A stretch of 64,000 nucleotides of DNA from Octopus sinensis. Its lineage: Eukaryota. Within the stretch, counting starts at the first letter, position 1, and the number at the start of each line of letters is the position of its first letter. Location of the stretch: positions 59,148,001-59,212,000 of the forward strand of contig NC_043009.1 of NCBI RefSeq assembly GCF_006345805.1. Direction: 5' to 3'. A program made the position numbers and the translations under genes. Positions 63,930-64,000 of the stretch are shown piece after piece. The notes beneath the pieces are model-generated. The model was not told where the DNA came from, ran no database searches, and saw only the letters and a list, made by a program, of their open reading frames with translations.

Positions 63930-64000
63930 TTCTACTCTAGGCACAAGGCCCGACATTTTTTACGGAGTGAGCCAGTCAATTAGATCGACCCCAGTGCGAA
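63930..64000 (-). mobile_element. SINE A 3' part, cut by the window edge
   Basis: CTAGGCACAAGGCCCGAC...CAATTAGATCGACCCCAGTGCG. Confidence 0.7.

Overview
AT-rich, microsatellite-saturated eukaryotic non-coding DNA. The SINE repertoire and simple-repeat landscape look like an Octopus/coleoid cephalopod genome; this is recognition from memory, not a database match. No host protein-coding gene can be supported: nearly all listed ORFs are translations of simple repeats or transposon debris. Contents: (1) four tRNA-headed SINE families, here called A-D, about 30 copies, several with TSDs; (2) decayed RTE LINE 3' ends, three R4/Dong-like endonuclease fragments sitting in (TAA)n, mariner copies and MITE-like derivatives, a hAT transposase remnant and two Helentron/HINE-like elements; (3) most notably, about ten type I hammerhead-ribozyme (HHR)-like motifs from at least six unrelated short repeat families. 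These include a 359-nt tandem unit with a covariant U3-A8 core and extended stem I (20.4-21.3 kb), a tRNA-headed SINE-like element carrying an HHR (54.5-54.85 kb, with a second copy split by nested insertions at 35.8-37.8 kb) and head-to-head HHR inverted repeats (61.4-62.1 kb). Several of them have an inverted copy of their own sequence at the 5' side, as Penelope-like elements do. Together they suggest a set of non-autonomous retrozyme/Penelope-dependent self-cleaving RNA elements. All alignments and folds were done by eye.
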